The translations under genes and the position numbers were made by a program. Positions 1 through 11,094 of a stretch of DNA of 53,691 nucleotides are shown here, piece by piece. Source of the stretch: Lophium mytilinum. Lineage: Eukaryota. The DNA lies in contig MU004188.1 of assembly GCA_010093605.1 (NCBI GenBank), positions 2,185,918 to 2,239,608 of the forward strand, in the 5' to 3' direction. Within the stretch, counting starts at the first letter, position 1, and each line of letters starts with the position of its first letter. The notes under the pieces are model-generated. The model saw only the letters and a list, made by a program, of their open reading frames with translations. It had not been told where the DNA came from and searched no databases.

Positions 1-995
1 TTGCGGTCTTTTGCCTCCTAAGGAGGTAAAATCCTTCATGCATTTGCGGTCTTTTGCCGCCATGATCAGCTTGCTGTCTTTCGTCTCTTTTATGCGCTTG
101 CGGACTAGTTTGCGATGTTTCTACTATAGCTTAAAATACTTGGATTACTCACTACGCTTCTGATCTTGTATGTGACGTGAAGGAGTGACTTTGGGGCAGG
201 ACGTGAAGACGTGCTCAGGCTAGTTTGAAGGCGCGTTTGATGTATTTTGGATGAGGGCTTCGAATCGGACTCCGTGAAGTAGGGTTTGGTCAGATGGATG
301 CCGCTGTCAGAGGTGCCCCAGCGAGAGCTAGGCGTTTGGGGTGCAAGTCGGGTCCTGAGCAGTGTAAATCAGACGCCTCACTTCCACCATACTCGAAAAG
401 CTGAAAGGCTCCAGGATACATGTACCCAGACTGCTTTTGGTGGTTGAATTCGAAGCACATGAATCAGAAAGCGAGAACTACTCAGTTTCCACGATGCTTG
501 AAGACCCGACGGTATTCCGAGAGGACGGCGGGAGCTAATTTCTCATCGCAAATCTAGAGGCGCCTATTCCCCTGTTCCACCTTAAGAGTCCATATCACCT
601 CAAGTACCTTTGAAAGGTGCATCTTATCATATCAAGTTAGGATGGCGATAGAAGAGTGAAGGTGTTGCAATGGTGGACGAGATGACGTCTGAACTCGGCC
701 CCCACTGTCCCGAGGGCTCCGAGCTTCCTCTCTTAGCCTCGCGCCGCACCCGAGTTCAACACCATGACAAGCTATACCACAACCATCACAACCATGTAGC
801 CTCGTACCGGCCGATAGCACCCGCTGCAGCATGCTCCGTCTGCAGCCCAGGCACACTAACCCGCAGCGGGGAAACGGGGAGCAGAAAGATGACAGCCAGA
901 TAGATCGCCATACAAAATGAGCATTGTATATATTCTTGCTGACCGCGTTACTGATCCTCACAGCGTAGGGCCTCAATTGCACCCTATCCACCACG

Positions 996-2123
996 ATGAA
1001 GCTCTCCGCCCTTCTCCCGCTCCTCCCCGCCGTCGCTGCGATCCCCTTTCCTCCTCCAACGGGCCCATACGGCGTAGGCATCACTCAGCATGTCTTCAAC
1101 CACACGACGCCCAACGACCCCGTCGCCTTCGCCGTCAATCCCTCCAATGGCACTGGCCACCTCCTCACGACCATATACTATCCAACGCTTCAGCTGCCTA
1201 CTCCGCTAAATACCACCGCGCCCTACCTCGACCCTACGACCGCCGCTGTTTGGGGCGACCCGCTCCTCTTCCCCAAAGGCGCGCTCGAGACCATTACAAC
1301 ATGGACACAATGGCAGGCCCCGACCCTCAAATCCTCCACCGGCCTACCCACTATAATATTCAGCCCCGGCGGCGGCGAGAACGCGATAATGTACAGCTAC
1401 TTGACAACCGCGCTCGCGTCGAACGGCTACACGGTGCTCGCGCTGGACCACCCGGGCGAGGCACCGTACGTGCAGTTCCCGTACGGCGACGGCGGATACT
1501 ACGGGATCGACATCACAGCCACTTGGAACCGCACCCTCATGACTGATGTCTACAAGATGCGCATCTCAGACGCGCAGGCCATAATCCACAAACTCTTCCC
1601 GCCGCTCGTCGAGACCTACAAAGCGCCCTTCAATACAACCCACTTCGTGATGATGGGGCACTCGATTGGCGGGGCGGCCGCAGCCGGTGCAATGGAGCTC
1701 GAGCCCTCCATCATCGGCGGCGTCAACCTCGACGGCGGCTTCTTCCCCGAGGCCTCGCTGCCGGACGTTAAGCGCCCGTTCTTGCTGATGGCGGGCAGCG
1801 AGCATACGCCCGCCATTGACCCAACGTGGTCGCCGTTTTCGAAGAACCAGAGCGGGTATTGGCAGTGGGTTAATATTACGGGAACGGCGCACCAGGATTA
1901 CAGCGATCTGGCGGACTGGGTGGATTTGCTGGATATGCGCAATAAGACAGCGATACCTGGCAGCTTTGGTACCATATGGGCGCCGCGGATGGACTTTTTG
2001 GTCAACACGTTTGTGGAGGCGTTGCTGGATTTGGTCCTGGGTGTAAGGCAGCATGTGCTCGACGGCCCGAGTCCGAAGTACCCGGAGGTGGTGTTTGTTA
2101 ACGGGAGTAAGAAGGGCTACTAA
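996..2123 (+). CDS. Secreted alpha/beta-hydrolase, PAF-acetylhydrolase-like lipase/esterase (375 aa, intronless)
   Basis: Signal peptide MKLSALLPLLPAVAA; N-terminal PxPTGPYGVG; IIFSPGGG, LASNGYTVLALDHP, nucleophile elbow GHSIGG, NLDG acid motif and GTAHQDYSD His motif. Confidence 0.9.
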   Translation: MKLSALLPLLPAVAAIPFPPPTGPYGVGITQHVFNHTTPNDPVAFAVNPSNGTGHLLTTIYYPTLQLPTPLNTTAPYLDPTTAAVWGDPLLFPKGALETITTWTQWQAPTLKSSTGLPTIIFSPGGGENAIMYSYLTTALASNGYTVLALDHPGEAPYVQFPYGDGGYYGIDITATWNRTLMTDVYKMRISDAQAIIHKLFPPLVETYKAPFNTTHFVMMGHSIGGAAAAGAMELEPSIIGGVNLDGGFFPEASLPDVKRPFLLMAGSEHTPAIDPTWSPFSKNQSGYWQWVNITGTAHQDYSDLADWVDLLDMRNKTAIPGSFGTIWAPRMDFLVNTFVEALLDLVLGVRQHVLDGPSPKYPEVVFVNGSKKGY

Positions 2124-2549
2124 AGTGCCGGGTGGCCTGTATATAGTAGGTAGGCATTTCAAGCTGCATTGCAGTACGGTTTTCGCAATTAAGGAATTCC
2201 AGTCACGTGCGTCCACTCTCACACATATCGCTATTTAAAGACGCGAAGTCACGATGGCGCTCCCTCATACCCTAGTTCTTGGCATTCGGCTTTTTTAAGC
2301 TCTACGGTAAGACTCAATCCTCACTCAGTCAGGATCGTGAAAGAAACGTCTAGTATCCAATCGGACGTCATGTTTCGGAAACCGCCGGAATATGGAAACG
2401 TCTATATTCAGTGTTCATACTCTACTTCTCTATTCATGCGTCCCATCTTCTTCCTATAGTAACAGGCCTCTTCACCTACATCGCAATTGCTCCCTCCCAA
2501 AAAAAACGACATCTCCCAAACCACCCTCTTTTACCTTCAGTCTCCCCTC

Positions 2550-3747
2550 ATGTCGGCAATCCCAATTCCCCACATCTTTCTCCTTGGCGCCACCGGCTAC
2601 CTAGGCGGCTCTATTCTTTCCTCCCTCCTCCCCAAGCTCACTACATCTCCTCCTAGCTACACAATCTCCGCCCTCGTCCGGTCTCCTGAAAAATCAAAAT
2701 GGCTGGACTCTCACAACATCCACCCGGTCCTCGGTTCGCTAGACGACATCGCACTCATAGAAGACGAAGCGAGTAAATCGGATGTGTTAATAAACACCGC
2801 AGACTCGGACCACCTCCCCTCCGCACGCGCTGCCGTCGCTGGTCTCACGCGTCGGTATAACAGGACGCAAAAGAAACCGCTGTATCTACATACGAGGTAT
2901 GCTCATCCTAGGAAAGAGCTATACCCTTCAAGCATCAAGTTCGAGAAGAGCCCTAACATGTGCAAATAGCGGCACAGGCATCCTCATCTCCCCCACCACG
3001 ACCCCCGGCATCCCCGACTCCAAAATCTGGCACGACGACGACGAAACCGGGCTCTCATCCATCCCCCCCACGCATCTTCACCGCGAGACTGACTTGTTCC
3101 TGCTGCATCCGTCACATGAGGAGAAAATACAGATCGTAGTGGTGGCACCCAGCGCGATCTACGGCCTCGGCCTCGGTCCAGAGGGCTTCGCGAACTCCTT
3201 CAGCGTGCAAATACCCTGGCTCGTCTCCAACGCGCTGAAGCTGGGGAAGATGCATATGATCGGCAGGGGCGAGAATTGGAGCTGTCAGGTTCATGTCGCT
3301 GACCTCGTGGGGTTCTATGTTCGCTTGCTTGACCTCTACGTCGCCGCCCCTAGCACCGTGACGAGCCCGGACATTCCAAGGGGGTATCTCTTCTCCGTCC
3401 CCGCAGGCTCGGGCGGCGAGGTTCAGATGCGTGAGCTCGTTGCTGCGCTCGCGAAAGTTATGGCGGCACAGGAGTTGCTGGAGAGCGCAGAGGTCGTGGA
3501 GGTGGAGCCGAGTGATGATGGGTTGAATGCGGTGTTTGGGGGAACGGCGGGGAAATGGTTAGTCGGGGGCAATTGTCGGGCGAGGGGGGTGAGGGCCGTT
3601 GGGACGGGGTGGGTTGCGAGAGAGGCGGGGGTGTTGGATGAAAGGGGGCTATGGGATGTTGTGGAGAGGGTGGCGGCGGCGGTTAAGGAGGGGACGTATA
3701 GGGGCTTTGGGGAGGGGAGGAGGAGTGAGGGAAGGTATAAGGATTGA
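2550..3747 (+). CDS. NAD(P)-binding Rossmann-fold oxidoreductase (atypical SDR / NmrA-epimerase-like), 374 aa; intron 2897-2969
   Basis: IFLLGATGYLGG dinucleotide-binding motif. A GTATGC...CTAAC...TAG intron joins the two ORFs in frame to give LYLHTSGTG. Also SAIYG and VHVADL motifs. Confidence 0.88.
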
Positions 3748-4812
3748 TGGGGATCTGGAAAGAGATGGGAGGGGTGAGGTAGGTTACAGCATACTGCTGT
3801 TCGAAGCAATTGCTTTGATTGAAGTCACTGGAGGTCTGGAAGTATTCGGTGCGCGTGGTCTTCTTTGCGCAGTTGGGCATACGGCTCCCCTGAGCAAGGA
3901 TACGAGGAGAATTCAAGGGGCGACAGATCGAACGAGTGAAAGAGCCTCTAGGGTAGGGGTGCGTAGGGTGTCTTGGGGTACACATAAGGAGAAGTCAGCG
4001 AACGGTGCAGTTCTTGAAAGGAGTTCGTTGACGTACAAAACGGAAATGTGTCACGTACAGCTTGAGACAGATAAATACCCCGCCTACAATAATACAGGAC
4101 TCAGTCGGGCAAGTCTTGGCAGTGCACAAAAGGTGTGGAAGGCAGAGAAGGCTGCGTCCAAAATTGTAGTCGATTTAACGAGGGAGGGGTTGAGGTTCCG
4201 GTTAAACTGGCTACAATTTTGGTGGCAGTCTCTCCGTCCTCCACATCTTTTGCGCACTGCCAAGACTTGCCAAAAGCAGTATTTGATCACGTGTGGCTCT
4301 ACCGCAAAGCAGAGTACATGGCCACCAGATGGCCTTTGTCTACTTCTGGGCCCTAATAGTCTTTGATATGTATTAGACCTTCAAGGATTCAAATGCCCTC
4401 ATACCTACATGTAAGAATAGGGAGGTTTGGCACGGCTCCCTTTACGTCTGTGCTGGGCAACCTCCATCATCATCCATCATCGTTCGTCCATTATAGTTGT
4501 CATCTTATTCAGATAGGAACCTCATTCTACATGTAGCACCGTAACCTTACGCAGACTGAGGTAGCAGCACATGCGCGAAGTTGCAGACGTCACCAGCTGC
4601 GTTATCATGGACTAGTGCTGATGCTTGCCATAATTCGATCGAATTACCTTTGTAACAGCTCTCTGCGCTTGTAGATCACAGTAACTCTGAGCACTAGCTG
4701 CAGTCCAGGATCTTAGACCTTCCGTCTCATAAGCTGGAGATTTCGCAGCAGATTCAGGCCTTCCTACAACTGCGAGATCAGCAAGAACTACATCCACCAG
4801 AAACCGATCGTC

Positions 4813-5562
4813 ATGGCCCTAGACGAAGCCTATCTCCATAAGATCATTCCAAAGCCCGGGAGTCTACCGAATGTCAAATCCGATGCCTCTCGTGCTTTCG
4901 AAGTCCTCAAAGCAGGTGGCGTTGTCATCGCGCCTACAGAAGTGGGCTACGGACTTCTAGCCTCCTCCACCGAAGCTGTCCAGAAAGCATTCGCTGCGAA
5001 AAAGCGCAAACCCGGACATGCTCAAGGCGTGATCGGCACCTACCAGCTCCATCGAGAGCTACATCTTCTCGACGAGAAGCGATTTGAGATAACTCGGGTC
5101 CTCACGCATGATTTGGACATGTCTTTTGGCGTCGTCGCTCCGTTCCGAGCGGACCACCCGCGTCTGCGGCAGCTCACCCCGGAAACGTTAGCGAACTGTA
5201 CCAAGAACGACACGCTTGGCATGTTCGTTGGAGGCGGCTCTTTTCTCTTCGAGCTAGGGAGACTCAACGACGACGATGGCCAGATAATGCTCGGCTCCAG
5301 CGCCAACATCTCCGGCCAGGGCCAGAAATTTCGCGTCGAAGACATTGAGGACGAGATCAAAGAAGCGGCAGATCTGATCGTGGACTACGGCTTGCAACGG
5401 TATTACACATATGGTCGCGCGTCTATCAATTTCGATTTTGGTAATATGAAGGTGCTGAGGATGGGATCTTGCTACGAGCTCTTCAGAGAACGGATGGCTA
5501 AGTTTTGGGGCGTTGAGTTGCCGGAAGACCCTGATTACAAGACCAGTTCGAAAGAAGAATGA
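4813..5562 (+). CDS. Stand-alone YrdC/Sua5/TsaC-fold protein, divergent paralog (249 aa, intronless)
   Basis: LKAGGVVIAPTEVGYGL (cf. PTETVYGL), AKKRK (KxR), GSSANISG (cf. STSANxSG), ADLIVDYG and VLRMG. There is no C-terminal Sua5 domain. Confidence 0.85.
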   Translation: MALDEAYLHKIIPKPGSLPNVKSDASRAFEVLKAGGVVIAPTEVGYGLLASSTEAVQKAFAAKKRKPGHAQGVIGTYQLHRELHLLDEKRFEITRVLTHDLDMSFGVVAPFRADHPRLRQLTPETLANCTKNDTLGMFVGGGSFLFELGRLNDDDGQIMLGSSANISGQGQKFRVEDIEDEIKEAADLIVDYGLQRYYTYGRASINFDFGNMKVLRMGSCYELFRERMAKFWGVELPEDPDYKTSSKEE

Positions 5563-5596
5563 ATGATTTACTCCTCTTCTATTCTTCCGCTCACTT

Positions 5597-7330
5597 TCAA
5601 GCAGTCTCCTGCGCTTTTGGTCTTCTACTATGCAAAAAGTGCAATAACAGCGTCTCAATAATGGCTAAGCCTCCGAACAATATCAAGATCTGGTACCCGT
5701 ACTGGTATTTCGGTGCGTCATACGTTGGGAACAGTGCCACTGGAACCTTGTCAATCTCTACACTCCAATATCGAGGATGGGGAAGCTTACGGGGGAGCCA
5801 GGATGAGAAACAGTACGTGAAGATATTGCCCGTGGCGACCAAAAGCTGTCTCAAATTCGGATCGCCGGCGCTCAGTTCATGGCCCCAGCCCTACATTCAG
5901 TCAGCGAGGGCATCAATACCTACAGGGAGTCCACTAACGATGACAATAGGCTGGGCGGCTGCTCCGACATATGACAGATAGAATGCGAAGAACTTGGCTC
6001 CCTTGGAGATGTCCCATACCGAAAGCAGAATGTTAGAAATCATGACCAGGACTTGAATTGTAACGATAGCCGGCCATCGATGCCCGGTACGGTCCGCAAC
6101 TATACCAAAGGCAAAGGCAGCTACCACGCTGATAGCGCTGCCCGCAGTGGGCAAGGTGTTGATGTGCACGACGCTATACTTTTCGGCTTTGAGCCATAGG
6201 TTGAAGTAATTTGTTCCTGAGCCAGCTTGAGCCACCATTCTAGGATACCTTTAGTGACTGCGCATTCAAAAGTCAAAACATAACCTACAGGTACGGCAAG
6301 ATGAACGCCCACAGCCGCCAGTTGGTGTATACACCCTTGATGACTCGCAGGGTCAGCTTTTCCGGACCTTTGCGTCCCAACTTCTCGATTCTTTCGACAC
6401 CATACTTTTTGTCCTACACAACTTATCAGCATCGAGCAGTTCGTTTCAAAAGCGTGGGAACTTACGTCTTCACTCCAGTAAAATGCTTTCGTGGTGTGTG
6501 GGAGGTCAGGTATCGCAAATATGCCCCAGATGGCAATCGGGAATGAAATAACTCCGTCGAAGATGAACAGCCACCTCCAACCTGCCAGCCCCAATCTGCC
6601 ATTCAGGCCTTTGTATAGCGCTGCCTGCAAGTAGCCACTAAACATGGATGCGATTGCACTCGTCTGCTCAAAGATGGCGACTCTCTTCGTCAGTTGCGTT
6701 GGTCCGTACCAACCTCCCAGCAACGCCGCATACCCGGGAAATGAGCACGCTTCAGCAAGACCGACGAAAAATCGCAAAACGTAGAGGGTCTTGACGTCTT
6801 TGGCTCCGGCCATAGCCATCACCAGGGCAGTCCAGACTATTTCACAGCTCGGGATCCATATGGAGGGGCGGACGTATTTGAGCTGGATCATTTGGGAGGG
6901 GATGGTGCCGATGATGATACCGATGTTGAAGTAAGTGTTTAGCCAATTGCGTTCGTTCCCGTAGAGTTTGAGGTCCTCTTTCATGCCGCTGACGAATGCA
7001 TTGGTATAGTTGGTTTGATCGAGGTACTTGATGAAGTAACCAAGGCAGATGTATGAGCTGCGGCGGTCAATATCTTTGCTTGGGGTTGCAATTGATAGCG
7101 ACTTACAACAAGTACGTATCCAGTCTCTGTACATAACGTCGGTCTCTGGGATCACCTTCCACCGAGTCCCAGATCAATCCCACCGCCTTCCTCCACCACG
7201 CTGTTCTCCGCTTCTCATTGCTTTCCGATATAGGCGCTTTAGATGAGTCTGCATCAGAGCCACCTTCTACAGGCGAACCAGAAACTGGCTCTGTCTGGAT
7301 AGAGACTTCCTTGTCTTTGCTTTCAGCCAT
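5597..7330 (-). CDS. MFS transporter, Dal5/allantoate (anion:cation symporter) family, Liz1/Fen2/Seo1-like, 511 aa; introns 7058-7106, 6414-6465, 6240-6288, 5891-5938
   Basis: Four 48-52 nt GT-AG introns give a continuous frame (1536 nt). Motifs YFIKYLDQTNYTNAFVSGMKEDL, LRFFVGLAE, GLAGWRWLFIFDG and PDLP. Confidence 0.92.
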
Positions 7331-7899
7331 GTCGAGAAAGTTCTGTGAACCCGATCTCACTGATACGTTTTCCAGAATACCGGGAGTCCGGCACTTAAAG
7401 CTGACGATCAAGCTATAGCGCTGGCCTACATTTCTATCCTTACCGTTCTTTGCAATGCGCCGCTACAATTACGAATCGACTTAGCAGCTTCGCGGCGTGA
7501 TAACACAGGTCTCCGTGGTTTAGAATTTGCACACCACGAGTCATTCTTCTTTACCACGGATGAGGGGCCTGCGTCAGGTACGCATCCACTCTCTCGACTG
7601 GTCCCGTTGTTTCGAGGCAAACGCCATATCGGCAAAAATGTTGTCACAGCGATACCTGTCTCGGTCCAATGAGAACAAACACAACTACTCGCATATGCTC
7701 TGGTGTTGCGTGTTGACAAGACTGCAGGGTGGGTTAGCGAGGCCATGAGCAATACCCGCAGATAAGCTCGCAATAGTGGTTAATAATGTATCCAGCACCA
7801 GGAAGAATGCTTCCGGATTTAAACATGGTAAGATAAGACAAGAATATAGGCATTGCGTTCCAAGCGTTCGGTGTACGACTTGAACTGGTATTCGCAAAT

Positions 7900-9217
7900 A
7901 TGACGACCACTACTACCCAAACCGAGACTGCCACGCCCCAGGTCGCTCCAATCAGATTCGAGACATCCGTAAACTACGATGAGGCTCCGGTAAATGGTTT
8001 CCCTGTTACAGTGGTCAGTTCAGCTTCGCTAATCGCTTAATGTAGTACAAATACGCCAACTACCTACCCCATTTCATCCCCGGTCTCCAACCACCCCTCC
8101 AAGAATTCGAACATCACGACCCCGGAGCACGAGCCGACCCATCCAAAGCCGCTCTCTTGAAAGCCTCCGGAATCACCGTCAACGAGATCACCCCTGCAAC
8201 TGGCACCGAAATCCACGGGATCCAGCTCAGCTCGCTCACCGACGCGCAAAAAGATGAACTCGCCCTCCTCGCTGCTGAGCGCGGCGTCGTCGTTTTCCGC
8301 GGTCAAGACTTTGCCGACATAGGCCCTGAACGACAACGCGCTTTCGGCGCGCATTTTGGCCCGCTGCATGTCCACCAGCATGGTGGTCACGTGAAGGACT
8401 TCCCGGAGCTGCTGCCCGTGTATCGTGATTTCAAGGCTGGGTCGGTGGACAATGAGATCAAGAATAATGTGAGTAGTATTAAATGGCATTCGGATATGAG
8501 CTATGAGATGTGAGTGTTTGATCTGTGGCGGAAGGGAGTGCCAGTTTGCTGATGTGAGGCGTAGCAATGGGATGGGAACGACGATCTTCTTCTCGCTTTC
8601 AACGCCGGTTTCCGGGGGTGATACGCTTTATCTCTCGACTACGGCGGCGTATAATGCGCTCTCTGAAACGTACAGAACGAGGTTGCATGGTCTGCAGGCG
8701 ACGCATTCTGGGTACCAGCAAGCGCAGGTCGCGGAGAATAAGGAGAGGTATATTCGCGAGCCAATTGAGACTGTGCATCCGATTGTGAGGACGCATCCTG
8801 TAAGCCCTGCCGTACTTTTTCTCGGGTTTTGAAGTCTTGAGTTCATAGCTCACGGATTCTTAGGCAACAGGAACTAAATCGCTCTACGTGAACCGACTCT
8901 ACACCCGCAGGATCGTGGGCTTGAAGGAGGAAGAGAGTGCAAGCATTCTGGATTTCCTCTACAACCATATCGAGCATGGCCAGGATTGGCATATTCGCGT
9001 GCACTGGACGCCGGGGACGGTCGTGGTTTACGATAATCGCGTGACGCAGCAGTAAGTGGTTCACGCTACATTTCTATAACCCTTTCCATGCAACGTAGGC
9101 TAACTTAGCGGGCCTAGTTCCGCTCTACGGGACTTTCAAGTCAAAGAAGGTGAGACGAGGAGGCATATGCTCCGCATCACGCCGCAGGGCGAGCGGCCGA
9201 GATTTGACGGCCCTTGA
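7900..9217 (+). CDS. Fe(II)/2-oxoglutarate dioxygenase, TauD/TfdA family (Jlp1/TauD-like sulfonate or sulfate-ester dioxygenase), 358 aa; introns 7990-8045, 8510-8564, 8800-8863, 9052-9117
   Basis: Spliced frame is 1077 nt. It contains GTEIHGIQL, AERGVVVFRGQ, the HxD motif KWHSDMSYE, GGDTL, HPIVRTHPATG, the distal His in DNRVTQHSA and the C-terminal RHMLRIT arginine. Confidence 0.93.
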
Positions 9218-9550
9218 GGCTTTGTGATCTTTCAAGCAATTGAATGAGCTATTAATACAAGTCGATAGATGCCGATGGTCCCTAAGAATCGTGTGCAAGT
9301 AAGGCGTGGTAATTCGAACTGACGTGTCTCCCCCGAGCGGAAGTGGCTCCGCAGTGAATGGGTTTTTGTTGCTGCTTGCATAAACTTTTCGCCATACTTC
9401 TTCGTTTCTCTACTAGTGCTTTCCTGAGTCACCATAACAAACCTCGCCCCCGTTTCTTAAGTCATTCAGCGCGTCTCAACACTCCTTTCCCGGCCTGCGC
9501 CCTCCAAACCCTACCTCAAGCTCATGCTAAATATGCAGCGTCTAGAAGGA

Positions 9551-10838
9551 ATGCCACCCGACTCCGAAACCCCATTCGCCTTCGCCGCACTCATCCTTGC
9601 CGATGCCGGAGTAAAGATCACTGCGGAGAAGCTGCTTGCGCTCGTTCGCGCAGCTGGCGTGGTGAAGAGTGATCCGGCTTGGGCGGTGCTATTCGCAAGG
9701 GCACTCATGGGGAAGACAGGACAAGATGCGAAGAAGATTCTATTGAAGTCGAAGATGGAGGCTGCCAAATTCTGGAGATTTTCGCACCATCACCGACATC
9801 CAAAGATACTCCCTGAATTCGCACTACCGAATACGTGCTTTAGGCGCTGGTCGTTATCGAAGCAACATGTAGAAGGATCGGAGAGGTCTCAGAAAGCCCG
9901 TCTGTGCGGCGAGACGAGGACTATCCATGATGACTAGTATGTACCCCTCGCCCGTCAATATAGTCTTTTCATTTCCTTTAAACCTAACGTTGTTACCAAC
10001 CAGCGCCCGAATCAACTTCCTCACTTTCCGCTGCGCCGCCATCAAGCTGAACCGGCTACCATCAGAGATTCGACTCCAAATCTTCCGCGAGGTCTTTCCA
10101 CGCCCCAGCACTACGATCAAATACTATGAACAATCTGGCTCCACCGTGATCACGGTACTCCACGGAAGCCAAGAATGGCGAGTTTTTCAGCGTCCCCCTT
10201 GGAGTTTCTCCCCCGACAGCCTGGTGTACGTCGCACAAAGTACTCCATCCCTCCCACTCGTATCCATGCCTGCCCATGTCCATCTTCACTCGCAGAATCT
10301 AGAATATCGGTTCCTCAGCAGATACAAGTATTGGCTAGACCCGGCAGCCGTTGGACAACTGGCGTATGAGGCCGCGGAGGTCATCTTCGCCCACGCTGTC
10401 TTCGTCTCTCCCTCCGATACCGACGCGCTGGTGTGGCTGGGGAATGAAGCGTGTTCTATGCATGCGAGGCACTTGATACTAGGCCACGGTGAACCCGATT
10501 CCTTGGTCGCCTTACGAGCAATTCTAGGCACAGGGCTTTCCAGGCTCCAAAACCTAAAGCGGGTGGATTTGCTCCACAACAAACGCTCTCAAAGAACACA
10601 GTACCAAGCAACTTCCCACTATGGTGTCCACCGGGAAATGTTTGACCTGGTCAAGGATCTGGTGAAGAGAGGGTTGGAGGTGAACTACGTCCCATTCATA
10701 CCGCCGGCAAGCTGCCAGTTCGACCGGCATTACGGGGGCAGGGGAGAAGACTACGAATGTCACGAAGGAGGACGGTGGAGCGACCAGGAATGGTACTGGA
10801 GATCTATGCTCTACCTTCAAGGGTTTGATGGGCAATAG
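9551..10838 (+). CDS. Chimeric hypothetical protein (~406 aa): N-terminal 60S acidic ribosomal protein P1-like domain plus an F-box/2EXR-like motif and unknown C-terminus; intron 9937-10003
   Basis: FAALILADAGVKITAEKLLALVRAAGV...DPAWAVLFARALMGK matches the P1 N-terminal domain. A GTATGT...CCTAAC...CAG intron removes the TAG at 9935-9937 and joins in frame (GAC TA|C GCC CGA) to the 9927-10838 ORF, which carries LNRLPSEIRLQIFREVF. The start could also be ATG 9524 or 9533. Confidence 0.75.
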
Positions 10839-11094
10839 AGACAACGCCCGAATGCTGGAATCAAGAGGCAAAGACCTGGATAAATGGGCAATGCTGTAAC
10901 TCAAAGACTGGAGCTAGAAGTTGAACGGTCAGAAGAACTCGACTTTAGGATTTCAAATAGAATCAGTGGCCCATAAAGTGCTATCTTTCAGTGACTTGTG
11001 TAACTTAGGCCTTCTCAATTGTGCGAAACCTCACGCAACTCAACCTAACCCTTTCCCTGTTTTTCTCCCTTTCACCCCTTCCCTCCCACCACCA

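Noticed and set aside
917..2222. Long alternative-frame and antisense ORFs over the hydrolase (also over FAH, oxdC and abfB)
   Set aside because: These are shadow ORFs expected from GC-rich codon usage.
3599..4366. 255-aa ORF overlapping the oxidoreductase 3' end
   Set aside because: Non-ATG start, out-of-frame overlap with a G-rich gene end, and no recognisable motif.
7331..7899. CYS-3/MetR sulfur-regulator sites in the transporter/dioxygenase promoter
   Set aside because: Only partial bZIP-like words were seen (ATGAGCAAT, TTACGAAT), with no match to ATGRYRYCAT.
9524..9937. Bona fide ribosomal protein P1 gene
   Set aside because: It lacks the hinge and conserved acidic C-terminal tail, and its stop codon overlaps a splice donor.
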